Shown here in pieces: positions 52,567-64,000 of a stretch of DNA of 64,000 nucleotides. Source of the stretch: Raillietiella orientalis (taxonomy: Eukaryota); assembly GCA_036172245.1 (NCBI GenBank), contig JAYWIR010000027.1, positions 1,364,001 to 1,428,000 of the forward strand. The letters run 5' to 3'. The position numbers were made by a program, and so were the translations under genes. Positions within the stretch are counted from its first letter, which is position 1, and each line of letters begins with the position of its first letter. A model generated the notes under the pieces. It searched no databases and was not told the DNA's origin. It saw only the letters and a program-made list of their open reading frames with translations.

Positions 52567-54301
52567 ATGGTACTGGACCTCGATCTCTTCCGTGAAGACA
52601 AAGGGGGCGATCCCGAGAAAGTGAGGCAGAACGAAAAGCATCGTTTCAAGGATCTGTTGTTGGTAGAGACTGTGATATCGAAAGATCAAGAGTGGCGCAA
52701 GCGTGAGTGGAAGATCGCATCTTGTCACGTGAAGGATGTTTTCTAGATCGTCACATGGCAGACCATTGGAATAAACTTAGAAATCTATGCAGTCGACAGA
52801 TTGGCGAAAAAATAAAAGTAGGGTGATCCGTGACTTATGCGTAATCAACTCCCTGTAAATAGCAAAAGCAGCCAACCAATTCAGAAGAACCGGTTCCTGA
52901 AGCCTTGCTGGATCAGCTGGAGGCTCTCACTGCGGAATCTGTAAAGCAGCTCTCCATTGGGCAGATTAAAACGTTGCGGCTTGCAATTGACGAATCCATG
53001 AAAATAAATAACGAGCGTTTGGTGCAGACCGAAGCAGAGCGCAATGCTGCGTTACGAGAAGTGGGCAACCTTTTGCATAAATCAGTTCCCATCAGTGATG
53101 ACGAGGTACGAGTTACCTATGTGTAGTGCCCTCCAGAATCGATCCCTAAATCCAGAACGATAACCGGGTGGAAAAAATGGTGGGAAACTGCATCCAGAGG
53201 AAGCCGTATTCCCACGTGGATCTCATTCAGATGATTGGCGGCATCGATAGCGAACGTGGAGCAAGCATAGCAGGGACGCGCGGTTATTTTCTATTGGTAA
53301 CGAATGGCTAACGTGAAATGCGTTCATAACCAGATGCAGGGTGCGGCCGTGTTTTTGGAACAAGCCCTGATTCAATTATCATTGCGACTGCTGCTCCGCC
53401 ATGGCTATACCCCTATCTACACCCCATTCATGATGCGTAAGGATGTCATGCAGGAAGTGGCCCAGCTGAGTCAGTTTGATGAGGAGCTGTACAAAGTGCT
53501 CGGGAAGAGTGGAGAAGAACAGTACCTCATAGCCACCTCGGAGCAGCCGATTGCTGCATTTCATCGTCGAGAGTGGATTCCAGAAAATCAGCTGCCCCTG
53601 CGGTACGCAGGAGTGTCCACCTGTTTCCGACAAGAAGCGGGCTCCCACGGTCGCGACACGAGGGGCATATTCCGCGTGCATCAGTTCGAAAAAGTCGAGC
53701 AGTTCTGCATCACTTCCCCCCATGACGACGCCAGCTGGAAAGAAATGGATTCAATGATGGAGTGCTCCGAAGAGTTCTGCCAGCTGTTGGGCATACCGTA
53801 CCGTGTTGTCTGTATCGTGTCCGGAGCTCTCAACAACGCCGCGTCCAAGAAACTCGACATAGAAGCCTGGTTCCCCGGCTCTGGGAGCTTCCGGGAACTC
53901 GTTTCATGCAGCAACTGCTTGGATTACCAATCACGCCGTTTGCTCATCAGATACGGGCAAACAAAGAAAATGGGAGAACAGGTAATGGCTGCCTCGTGTT
54001 CCGCCCCGTTTCCTCCAGCCCCCAGCCAGACGGAATACGTCCACATGCTTAATGCGACCATGTGTGCTACCACGAGGGTGATATGCGTGCTCCTGGAATT
54101 GTACCAAACCGAAAATGGTATCTGCGTCCCCGAAGCCTTGAGGGAATTCATGCCTGAAGGTAAGCAGCCTGCGACTTCATCGTTTTGTGGTAACGTGCTG
54201 CGTCCCCCCAAAAATAAGAGTTCCGCCTTAAGATTCCATTCATCAAAGCGGCCCCAATTGACCAGGTCGAAACGAAACTGCAGCAGCAGAAAGTCCATTA
54301 A
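52567..54301 (+). CDS. SARS1: Cytosolic seryl-tRNA synthetase, 481 aa, 7 coding exons
   Basis: Exons 52567-52702, 52747-52817, 52863-53105, 53156-53296, 53340-53981, 54030-54159, 54219-54301 (1446 nt). Motifs: [36 protein letters not shown], motif 2 [44 protein letters not shown], motif 3 [12 protein letters not shown]. Confidence 0.97.
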
Positions 54302-54313
54302 GAACAACGTGTA

Positions 54314-54322
54314 TTTATTAAA
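54314..54322. terminator. Overlapping bidirectional poly(A) signal TTTATTAAA
   Basis: ATTAAA on + (54317-54322) and AATAAA on - (54319-54314), inside the 54-nt gap between two convergent stop codons. Confidence 0.6.
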
Positions 54323-54355
54323 TGAGGCACTTTTGATACACAGATACGGTCGTGC

Positions 54356-55133
54356 TTACGATACGGTTATGCTTAAAACCGCACCTAGAACAATACCAAA
54401 GACAACTACTCCAGTGATGATCCACATCACCAGTAGCTGACCCCTGCAGCATCGCAATTTGGAATGCATCTTCTCCGCATTTTCGGAAGCCATGATTTTT
54501 TGATTAGGCTGCCGAATAGGGAGTGGTTCCAGATTAGATGGCCACTGTGCTGGAACCACATAAGGTCTATTTTTACTCGAACATGTGGAGACGGATAAAG
54601 ATTTCTGATCCAAGAGCGTTTGTGATGGAAACTGAGGCTGTGAGTATAGTGATCCACCGAGAGTTGGCGGATGACTGCAGTAATCTGCCTGAAGCGGGAC
54701 TCTGAAAGGGGGGAGAGGGACGATTGGTGGAGGTGCTAGCGGACCATATATGGGGTACATAATGTTATGCACTGGGCATGGCTCTTCGTAGATAAGCGGA
54801 GCCCCACATGGAGGTAGCATAAACGAAGGATCCTGCTTCCCTGTTTTCGAGTAGTCAGGTTCCATTCTTCGTTGTTACATCAGAGTGGTTACCTGCATTG
54901 CATTGCTGTGACCCTTCGAACGGAGATTCTGACGTCACACTTGTCCCCGATGTCTCCGAGGTGGATGCGTGCAGCCGATTCGGAGAACCGTTGATGGCGT
55001 TCCCGGCGTACCCGTTTCTTGCATTGAAGTTCTTCGGTAGCTTCCCATCTAAAAGTAAACGCTGCTGTTCCTCTCTTATGCATTTGCGACTTCGGTTGCA
55101 GGACAGACTCTTTGAAGAATCCGACTGCAGATT
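54356..55133 (-). CDS. 3' exons of an uncharacterised Ser/Pro-rich protein with one C-terminal transmembrane helix (tail-anchored type); 5' end unresolved
   Basis: ORFs 54855-55298 and 54356-54865 are joined in phase by a 52-nt GT-AG intron (54892-54841), the size typical of this block. The product ends [26 protein letters not shown]. Likely acceptor before 55133; a possible further exon at ~56122-56025. AATAAA on the minus strand at 54319-54314. Confidence 0.65.
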
Positions 55134-58100
55134 CTGTTCATCACGGAAAGACAGGCAGAGACGGGCAAGTTCGAATTTGCCAAGGATGAGAGAAAAGATC
55201 GATTCTGGGAAGCGATCCGTGACCGTGAGGTCCAAAGAGGGCGCCGTTGCTTTTCGGGCGCGCCGTGCCGTGACATCTCGGAAGTTCGAGAAAAACAAAC
55301 AAACAAAAACATTTGGGATGGGTCAGCAGTGTTAGACAATCGCGATCCCGTTGGCTTTCCTTTTTTTGCCCGGGGAGCGTGGAAGGCCTTCTCTTAATTC
55401 TTGGATTCGTCTATCCGTGCAGTGCGATTTCAAAAGCCTCAAAGAAGAACTTGTGATTGCAGGTCCAGGCAAAACGAGGCAGTGCAACAGCTTGTTCGGA
55501 TGCACAGTAGACGGATAGACCTGCCTTTCTCAACGATCTGCCTCGAACTTGTTGCATTGCTATTGGGTGCTGTGGAGCAGGTATATTTCCGTGTTTCGCG
55601 TCCTAAAAGCCCCCCTTGCGAAGGGTCGGCGCGAGCGAACACCAGGATTCGTGTGTCCCCATACTTTAACCAGGTAACCAATCCAGGAGAGGAAAGAGTT
55701 TGCCTTCGGGCCACGTGGCTTTTGGCAACGACGATCCGGGAGATTTAAGCCGGCTTCGAAGATTGCCTTGTTCCCGGGAGATTGGATGAGGAAGACCGCG
55801 GGAGGGGGGGAGAGACTAACGAAAGGAGCAGTGTGTGTGGATTCCTTGCTTTGCGATGCATGCAGCGCGGATTCAGTGAGTGATCAACGGTGTGCTGACC
55901 TGACCCTATTCATCGCTCTCATAGACTGGATGTCTGTGGCTTCACTTCCTTCGTGACCTTGTAAGCCACAGTCCTCGAGCGATCACGGCAGTATCTCCCG
56001 TTGGGCGCTATCGGAGTAACTTACTGTAATGCCCATAAGTGTCATACGATGATCATCAGAATTATGATACGAATGGTCATGAGGAGATGAAAGAGTTCCA
56101 GTGGTGGTGCATATATCAAGAACTTAAAAATTATAAACATTGTCGATGGCGCAAAAATCGGAAAGAACCCTTCCTCCCCATGGTGCACGTCGCGCCTCTG
56201 TGAAACCTTTCTAAGCATGTGACACGTGTAATTATTATGTGTAGCACATGCCGATCTCGAGGAGGCGTCGAGGTCAGTCGAGGAAGATTCTGAGGAGACG
56301 CGATCGGTTCTCATGTTTGGGCACGCATTTCGAAATCTCAGTTCTGATCACCACTTCTTTGAACCCCGAAGTTCAGATTTTTTTTTTTTTTCTTCCTTCT
56401 TTTTTCAGCTGGAAAATTATCGTGATGAAAGAGCGTTCACTGAGAGAGGAAATGAACACACAAAGGCAAAATGGGGGTCTCAGTGGAAACGATTGCGGGG
56501 GGGGGGGAATGAAATCCGTTCGGGCACTTGCTTCATGTAAGCGTAAGACCACACTTTGATAACGTCTTACGCGTACTTTGGTTGCAATTTGCATGTGCAC
56601 CCAGTGTTTAACGTCCTACAATTAAGCTGACCTTTCTGCTTCGAAGCTTCAATTTCATCGCAGGGTGAAAACGGATTTTCTATGCATCAGCTGAGCCGCG
56701 AGGAGATATGGGATCTGGAAACGCATTTCGCTCTCGCAACTCTCTTCCCGAGCCGGTGATTTTTCAGAAGGTCATTTCTTCACCAAGAAAAGGGTGCTTT
56801 CACTTCAGCGAACAAGCTGATCTTCTTGCGAGAAGAGGGTGCAAGAAGAGTTATCCCGAGTTTGCTGCCAAGGAAACGGGTAAGGACGAAAAGCACAAGA
56901 TTGCCCGTTCGAAGGCATGGGATCATGGGATCCTCTTGGTTCAGTCTTTCCCACACGCCCCGAGCCTTTTCGGAAAAGGAAACGTCGAGCTTAGCCTATT
57001 GGAGAATTACAGCGAACGGCTCCGCAATTTGCGAGTGTGCCGAGCCGGGCACTATCGATCATGACGTCGGAAGATCTTTCCTTGGCACCTTCCTGGAATG
57101 CACACACAAACGGTCCACTTCATGGCCGCAACTTCCCGATCTCTTGAACACGCCTGAATTTTATGTAAATGTGGCACGTTTTGCCTGAGGCGGAAACATC
57201 GAGTCCTCTCAGAAGGCCTATCCCAATTGCAATTAGGTGACCAGTCGTTAAACTGTTTTTCCGAACCCGCAGAGATGTTTTTGCAACACTCTCAGGATCA
57301 CAAGCATCCGCGCGCTCGTTCATTCCCTTCCCGATGGCTCCGAGGGCGCTTCTTAAGACGTCTCCATCGGATTCCTTTGGCATCCGCTTGATGTCGCAGT
57401 TTCTGTTTGGTCTGCTGCCTTGGAATCGCACCGGATGCTCTTTCTTGTCTTCGAAATCTTCCTTTCGCACTTGAAATCCGATCGCTTTTCTCTCCTTTTC
57501 GGGGGCAGAGCAGAAAAATAGGATCCATAGGTCGCTTGAGGTCGCAGTCCTCGTTGAGAGCCATTCACTTTCCGGAGAGATCCTCCACTTTTGGCGTTAC
57601 GGATCAATTCAACAACTTTATTGGTTTCGTTTCCGTTTGATCATCTTTGATGAATTTTGCTTTCAATTTCCAATTTAACTTTAATAAGGTGCCTTCACGC
57701 TCTCAGGATTCATCTTGCAGGCTTCATTTAATGTTCCTTATCAGCAGGAGGAGGAGGAGGCTGGTCAGCTGGCGCGGTGGGTTTGCAGAAGCGTCTTGTA
57801 AAACTGGGGTCTTGAAACCTGCGAATTCGCTCTTGGTCTGTGTCCCAGTCATTGGACGTTCCGGCCGGACTCCGCGGCCGTGACGTCATGAAATTACGAG
57901 TGCCATTGCGCACGCACCTACGAGTTGGCACTTCTTCTCACCAGTGACTGCTTTCACCATAGGTCTTTCAGACCAGACGCTTCCAGACAGCTTCTTCCTG
58001 CGTCACACTGATCCGGTGAAAAGCGTTTCCACCTCGTTTCTTAACGAGGGAGCAGATGTAACCCTACACAGTGCTTCCCAAAGTGGGCGATACCGCCCCC

Positions 58101-60054
58101 TGGTGGGCGCTGGAACCATCTGGGGGGCGATAGTAGCCTCAAGTGCAACCGGGGGGCGTTGAATACAAACAGGGATGGCGTGAAGGAATAAAGACAAGAA
58201 GAAACCGTTCGCCCTACAAGTTTCATCTGTTGTGTAACACAGGAAGTCGTAGTGATTTAGGTATACGTGAAATACAGATACATAAAATAACCCAGCAAAC
58301 CTGTCAGTGCGTCTTTCTGTTTGTTCACTTAAAGAAGGCACATTTTCGGGATGGGGAGGGGAGGGTGTTGAGTAATTTTCTACCTGAAAAAGGGGCGGTA
58401 GGCCACATAAGTTTGGGAACCTATGCGCCATACCACCCCATTCCTCCCACCAACCAGCTGCGTCTCTTCTTACTCGAACTGGCGCGGAAAACCCGCCACT
58501 TTCATTCTGTCCGCAACGTGCTTCTGGGCCTTCGGGGGCTAAGATCAAAGTCAAAGCGCTTAACAGCCTCTGCGACGCTTCCCCAAAGATTCGAAGAAAC
58601 GTCCGCATCCCCTCCGTCAAAGTTGAAATGCAAAATTTTCGATGAGTGAAATCCCGGGGAGCCACCGGTTGCGATGTGTCAAAGAATGATTCACGGCCTC
58701 AAGAGGTGTCCTTGGCGCCCGGATCCCATGCGCATCCCTCTCGGTGCATCCCATCCTGTTCATTATTTATTTCGTCATACGATGATTCTCTTCCGAAGCG
58801 AAAATTTATGAAAACGATAGAAGATACATATTAAGGCGGTCGTTAGCTATCTGAAATGCATATGAGCTTTCCCGGCGATGATAGTAACTCCTGTTGACGT
58901 AATTATGCTGCTGACGAAAAATTAGCAGAATTTGCGATTAGCGCATCGAAGACGGCCGGCTCGTCACCGGCAGCCTCTCTCCATTCATCTGCAGCTTGGT
59001 CCACTTGTTTTCCTCGCGGGATTCCTCTGCAAGCCACCCCAAAGCGAATTGGGGTCGAGCGACTCACGTGCTTCGAGAAGCAACCGACCTGCCGCCCACG
59101 CTCGTTCCGCGGATGCGGACGCTTCGCTGTCCGCCGCTCTGAGGGCGATGGCACGCCGCAGAGTCCTGCGGACTGCATCCCCGTATTTTCCAGCTCGGAC
59201 AGGCAGCGGCCATCCCAATTTCGCAGTCTGGTTGTGGGGGAAGGGAGGGAGGGGGGAGGGGAGGCGTCAACGCCCGGTCGACGGGTATTTCTGACGACTC
59301 CAAAGCAAAAAAAGATAAAACAAAATCTGAACTCTTCGACTGGTCACGCAAATTCAAGAGCTCGCATCTCGATTTTTCCCTTTCCCTTTGACATCATGGC
59401 CCGCCACCAACCAAGCATTTTTATCATCGAGCACACTGGCGCAGCAACCGCTGGAACCCCCGTTGGTCCGTCGAAGGTCAACAACAAACTCCCTGTCAGG
59501 TCACGGTCGGCTAAAAAAAAGAGGTGCAGCAGCCCCGCAGCCGCGTCGCGCGCGCCTGAGCTGGAAAGTCGGAGCACGGAAACCATGAAAGTGCCCGCCT
59601 CTGGATTCAAGTAAGGAATCAGAGATCGGGATGACCCGGACTCAGTCTTCCTGGCTGCGCTCCAGCGCTTCCTCCTCGTCGTCTTCCTTCTTTCCGGCAA
59701 CCATTGCCTGTCAGGAAACACACCTTTGCTGTGAATGATCGTCGGCGTAGCAGCTCCTCGTTGAGCCTCCGCAGATAGAAGGAGACCGACCTGTCTCGTC
59801 GAAGACCGGCTGCTGAACCCCCTCCCCCCCCACTAATCCCTCTTTTTCTCCCCTGCGGGCACGCCCCGCACGCTTGCTTTCTCCCATCGATCCCGACGTC
59901 TGGGCCAACGACTGCTCAACTCGCAGCACCCTTGTCGGCTGCCGCCGTTTCGCCCGCTGAGGTGCGATTCGCGCCCCGGGACCCTCGATGGACATCCTTT
60001 CGGGTTCTCTTCCTGTATTCGCTACTTCCAGTTTTTGTTTTTTGGGGCTCACCA

Positions 60055-60753
60055 CGTGCTGAAGAACCGCCGTTCGCCCGGCGGCTCGCGAAGCTCTCTG
60101 ACGCTGTCCACGCCATTCCTGAGAGTGCGTGCTGACTCTTCAAGTTGAGGGGCGGTGGGTAACCCAAGGAGGCGACCACCCCGTGAATCCGGGAAGGGTT
60201 CCGGAGGAAGAAATCCGTTCTTCCCACGCTTGGAAGGAAGCCATCTCTTCCTTACTTTCCCTAGAGGGATCCCCCGTAGGGAGCCGCCCCATTTTTTCCT
60301 TCTCCGGAGGAGCCCCCCGGAAGGAAACTGCTCCTTGCTTCCTCTGGAGAGAACCCCTAAGAACGACGCCTCCCCATTTCTCTTGAGGGCCGCTCCTCGA
60401 AAGGAGCAGCGCGCTTCTTGCACTCCGAAGAGGAGATCCCCCCCCCTTCCCCGACGGGAGTATCAATCAGCCATTTTCACAAGAGGAGGGGAACCCCGAA
60501 GGGAGCCCGCTGCTTGATGTCCTGGAAGCACCCCGGAGGATCAACTTCCAATCCCGGCCAGTCAACGGGGGCATCCGGCTTCCACCATTGCCGCACCCGA
60601 AGCGTGCAAGCCAACCAGCGTTGCCCTGAGGGGGGTCTCGAAACCCACAACGCACTCATTCCTCTGGCTTTAATCCTCCCCCCGCTGGGATTCGAACCCA
60701 CGACGCATGGTGCCGCCGCGCGGAGACCGCGGCCTCCAACGCGGACCTTGAGA
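60055..60753 (-). mobile_element. Repeat family A copy
   Basis: GGGATTCGAACCC at 60687-60699 (B-box on minus) and a second box at ~60633-60646. Homologous to the 28270-28981 and 5459-6190 copies. Confidence 0.7.
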
Positions 60754-60999
60754 ACAGAGGGTAGTAGAAGAGTTGGCACGAGGGCGAAGAAAGTTTTCCG
60801 TTCTCGGACCCACCAGCAGCATCTTCCAACGTGTCTGCTGCTGCAAGAGCAGGTCGCGTGGGGACGATTTTCTGGGTCGGTTCCATTCGGAACGCGCGGT
60901 GCAGGGCGGCTGCTTCCAGCCATCACGCTTGGGACGCCCACTCTCTCTTGCGAGAGATGACCCCCCCCCCTCCCCCAAAACGAAACGGGTATAAATTCC

Positions 61000-62330
61000 A
61001 ACCGGACGGGGAGTGCGGATGCCGCCGCCGTCGTGACCGCGACAGCGGAAGCTGTGGAATCCGAGGGGAGCGGCGGCGGCTGCCGTTGCCGAGGCAACTG
61101 CCAGTTCTGTGCTTGGATTCTCCCGCAAGAGTGGGGCAAGCGCCGAGCGAAGGCAAAGATCGAGGCGGTCCGGAGGAAGGTTTCTCCAGGGATGGCCACA
61201 AGGAAGGGAGGCAGTGCCGGATTCAAGCTTTGCGAACTTTGTCTTTTTTTTTTGTTTTGTTTGTTTTTTCGGCTCCTCGGTTGCGTTCTTTTTCCAGTCG
61301 TGCTATCAGATCCAAGCCAGGGTCAGAGTTTCCTCTTTTTTGCTATCCGACGGGTCAAAGACTGGCAGGCGAAAATTAGGAGGGGAATCGGTGACGCGGA
61401 AGGGGAATGGAGAGGGGGGGTTCCGGAGCTCTGGAATTCGTGGTTGGCAAACCTCGGCAGGCCATGCACGCCCGGCGTCCTCCGTTCCGCCCAGGAGAGA
61501 CGGCGGGCGGCCCGCGCCTTTCGCTCGCCGCTTCCCAGATGGGGATATCCGCGGCGGACGGTACGACGCCGGGGGCGACACCGAGAAGACGACAAGCCAA
61601 AGGATGCGCCGTCGGGGAATCGCACGCGTGCGAGGTGCATCCTTCCCGAAAGTGCACGTGCGAGCGTCGCGTCGCAATCCGCACGCCGGCGTTTCCGCTT
61701 CCGGTAGAGCAGAAGACCTCCGGCTCGCTGGGGCGTCCCGAACCGTCCACCCCCTCCCCCCCGCCCCCAAAAGCTCACCCTTCTTGCGCTGGTATCTGTC
61801 CGGGCTCGGCTCGCTGGGCTTGCTGAACTCCGATGCCGAAGAATCGTGGAGAAGCATCTGCGATAGCTGCTTATCGCTCTGGTAATGCAGCCCGCGCTGC
61901 ATGCCGCGGTGCTGCCAGGCAACGGGCAACCCAGACGACGGCTCCATTCTCGTGGACTGAGTGTCGTCGCGTCAGCAACGAGCCATCCGTCATGCAGGGG
62001 CCGTCCCCATCGCGCGGGCGACTTCCCTTTGGTGTCCCACTCCGGCAGGTGATGACCGCTCGCGGGCTTTCTGCAAAGAAAGGAAGAAGGCGGAGGTTCG
62101 TGCGGAATTCGCCGTCGCCCGTCCCGTGCCGCCAAGCGAGGCGTGCCCAGGCCGCGTTTCCATGGGCGCTCGTCCGCGCTCGCCGTCCGCATATCGTTTT
62201 GTTTTCTTTTCCTTTCCTTTGAAAAGACCTCGAATTCGCCCGCATGTTTACCCATCCGGTGGTCGAACACACCGGCCATTGCGTCGGGCCGGCGTCCAGC
62301 TGGAATCGTTCAGCCGAAGGGGTCAACGAA
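61000..62330 (+). mobile_element. Degenerate L1/Tx1-like LINE ORF2 (reverse transcriptase) remnant
   Basis: Frameshifted relics appear in the expected order: GGVPELWNSWLANLG (cf. DGxPxEFYxxFW), GGDTEK...FPKVHV, GLLNSDAEESWRSI (cf. LSLDAEKAFD), GRLPFGVPL (cf. GVRQGCPL), GPASSWNRS (cf. SGxxxNxxK). Recognised by eye only. Confidence 0.5.
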
Positions 62331-62769
62331 GAGGCGCGGGCGAATTCGGAGATCCAAGACGGCAGAATCGCTCGCCCTGTTGCTGCCGCTCGGTCGAGCG
62401 CGCGGAGGGAGGAGGGAAGGTCAGGAGGAGCAGCGAAATACCCCACGCGGCGTAGCTTTCTTCCCTCTTTCTTTTCTCCCCTTCTCCCCCTCGTTCCGGG
62501 GGATCTCCTCGCGGGAGGGGACCGGCAGGACGGGCACCCGCGCGCGCGGCGGGAAATGGCGGCGGGGGCCAAAGGACTGCGTTCCCCGTCCGTCCACGGA
62601 GGACGGGGAACGTAGGATGGAAGGATTCCCGGGGAATCGCGTGGGACGGGAGGAGGCGCCGGAAACTCCCCCTCTCCTCCTCCGCTTGCCTGCACCCAGC
62701 GTGGTTGCGCGCACGGAATCGGCCATTCGAGGCGCAGCAGGGACAACGTCCCGAATCCCGTCAAGGGTC

Positions 62770-63700
62770 ACGTGGAAAACGCCCATGGCGAAATCCCGAA
62801 AGATCACAGGAAATGAATACGTGCGTTTATCTACATGTATACAGATCAGCATGCAAATGTGGTTTGACATACATATTTATTCACATGCATATTATTCATA
62901 TAATTAATACGTATTAATATTATTAATGTATATATCAAAGATTATGAAAATCAATATATGTGTTCATTGTATTTATTTTATTTTTTCCCCACTATTTTAC
63001 AGTGTCCCCATTATTTTTTTTATTTTGGATAATTCGATATTTATATATTCGTTGTATATACATTTATTACATAAGAATACATATATGAATATACATTAAT
63101 ATGCATAATAAGCACACATGTACCTTACAATCTTTCATGTGTATTAATAATGTATCAATGCTGATGCATATTATTAATTATATTAATAATGTATATGCTA
63201 ACAAATATTAACTGATACGTTTGCCGAAAAAAATCTATATGTAAACATATATACTTGTAAGCACAGTAAGCATATGTACTTATCTTTAATGATCTTTATA
63301 ATATATGTAATGAATCCATATACATATTAATACACATAACGAGCATATGTATTATGTATATCAATCTATATATAAATGCATATACTAAAATGCATAACAG
63401 ATATATGTATTTATTTTTTATGATCTTTATAAGTTTGGATTAATCCATATACAAATGTACATATTAAAATACATGATGAACATAGGAATTATGCATCAAG
63501 CTGTGTATAAACTATGTATTTTATATATGGACTACATTAATCGTTTATACAGAGATTGTATTTATCGTTTCCAATCCATATTATAAACATAATCTATATA
63601 TAAACTATTAATGTATTCTATATACTGAAATGCCTAATAGGCATGCATGTGTATTTATTTCCCGTGACCTTTCGAGATTTGGACGTTCGGGGTTTTCGAC
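62770..63700. mobile_element. MITE/foldback-like element with a very AT-rich core
   Basis: 62791-62820 matches the reverse complement of 63651-63680 at 26/30, with weaker similarity extending outward. The interior is degenerate TA/TACA-rich sequence. Exact ends and TSD are not resolved. Confidence 0.6.
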
Positions 63701-64000
63701 GGGCCCCGAGCCGGTGCCCACGAGGTTGGCGGCGACCATCAACGAGTAAGAGGATGGGGGCACCAGCAACTCTTTGGTGCTACCGCCCGCAGCTTGCGCA
63801 TCGTCAGCATCAGACGTATGGAGCAAAGGGAACGCTTACGGGACCTCGAGATCTTTGGGATCGGGGGGGGGGGGGTGCCACAAGAACAAACGTTGTCCGG
63901 ATCCGGTAGAGTTGAGGAGCGCAAGAACACTCTGTTCCCATCCTGCTTGGCAGGGGGGAGTCCCCGCGCTTCCCGGATGACCGGGAAAGCCTTTAACAGG

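Noticed and set aside
53304..54440. 378-aa ORF as the complete SerRS
   Set aside because: It starts in an intron and reads through two introns; the spliced model restores the conserved N- and C-termini.
56700..59720. Additional exons or genes among 60-220 aa ORFs
   Set aside because: No recognisable motifs and no phase-consistent chain found; upstream exons of the tail-anchored gene cannot be excluded.

Overview
Eukaryotic genomic DNA, most likely an invertebrate metazoan, in two very different compartments. (1) About 2.5-46 kb and 58-62.7 kb are GC-rich and repeat-laden. They carry a 12-coding-exon Dbl-family RhoGEF gene (+, CDS 19233-43382, ~1475 aa, long disordered N-terminus, DH then PH-like domain). 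They also carry decayed L1/Tx1-like LINE fragments, four copies of a ~0.7 kb element with a tRNA-like double B-box head, a 614-bp hAT-type non-autonomous element with a perfect 8-bp TSD, and a ~0.3-kb MITE-like element; a second MITE-like element (~62770-63700) lies at the right edge. (2) About 46.6-55.2 kb is an AT-richer, very compact gene block with 39-59 nt introns. It holds a tentative minus-strand gene with a PH-like N-terminus, IMP dehydrogenase (+, 48708-52260, 516 aa), cytosolic seryl-tRNA synthetase (+, 52567-54301, 481 aa) and a convergent minus-strand gene for a Pro-rich tail-anchored protein. Exon models were built by hand from GT/AG sites and phase matching. Most long GC-rich ORFs in the supplied track look spurious. 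I found no convincing novel multi-gene system. The best leads are paired PP1-docking motifs and a PKA-pseudosubstrate-like motif in the RhoGEF, a possible IMPDH-SerRS operon, an overlapping bidirectional poly(A) signal, the micro-intron gene, and the dimeric tRNA-headed repeat family.
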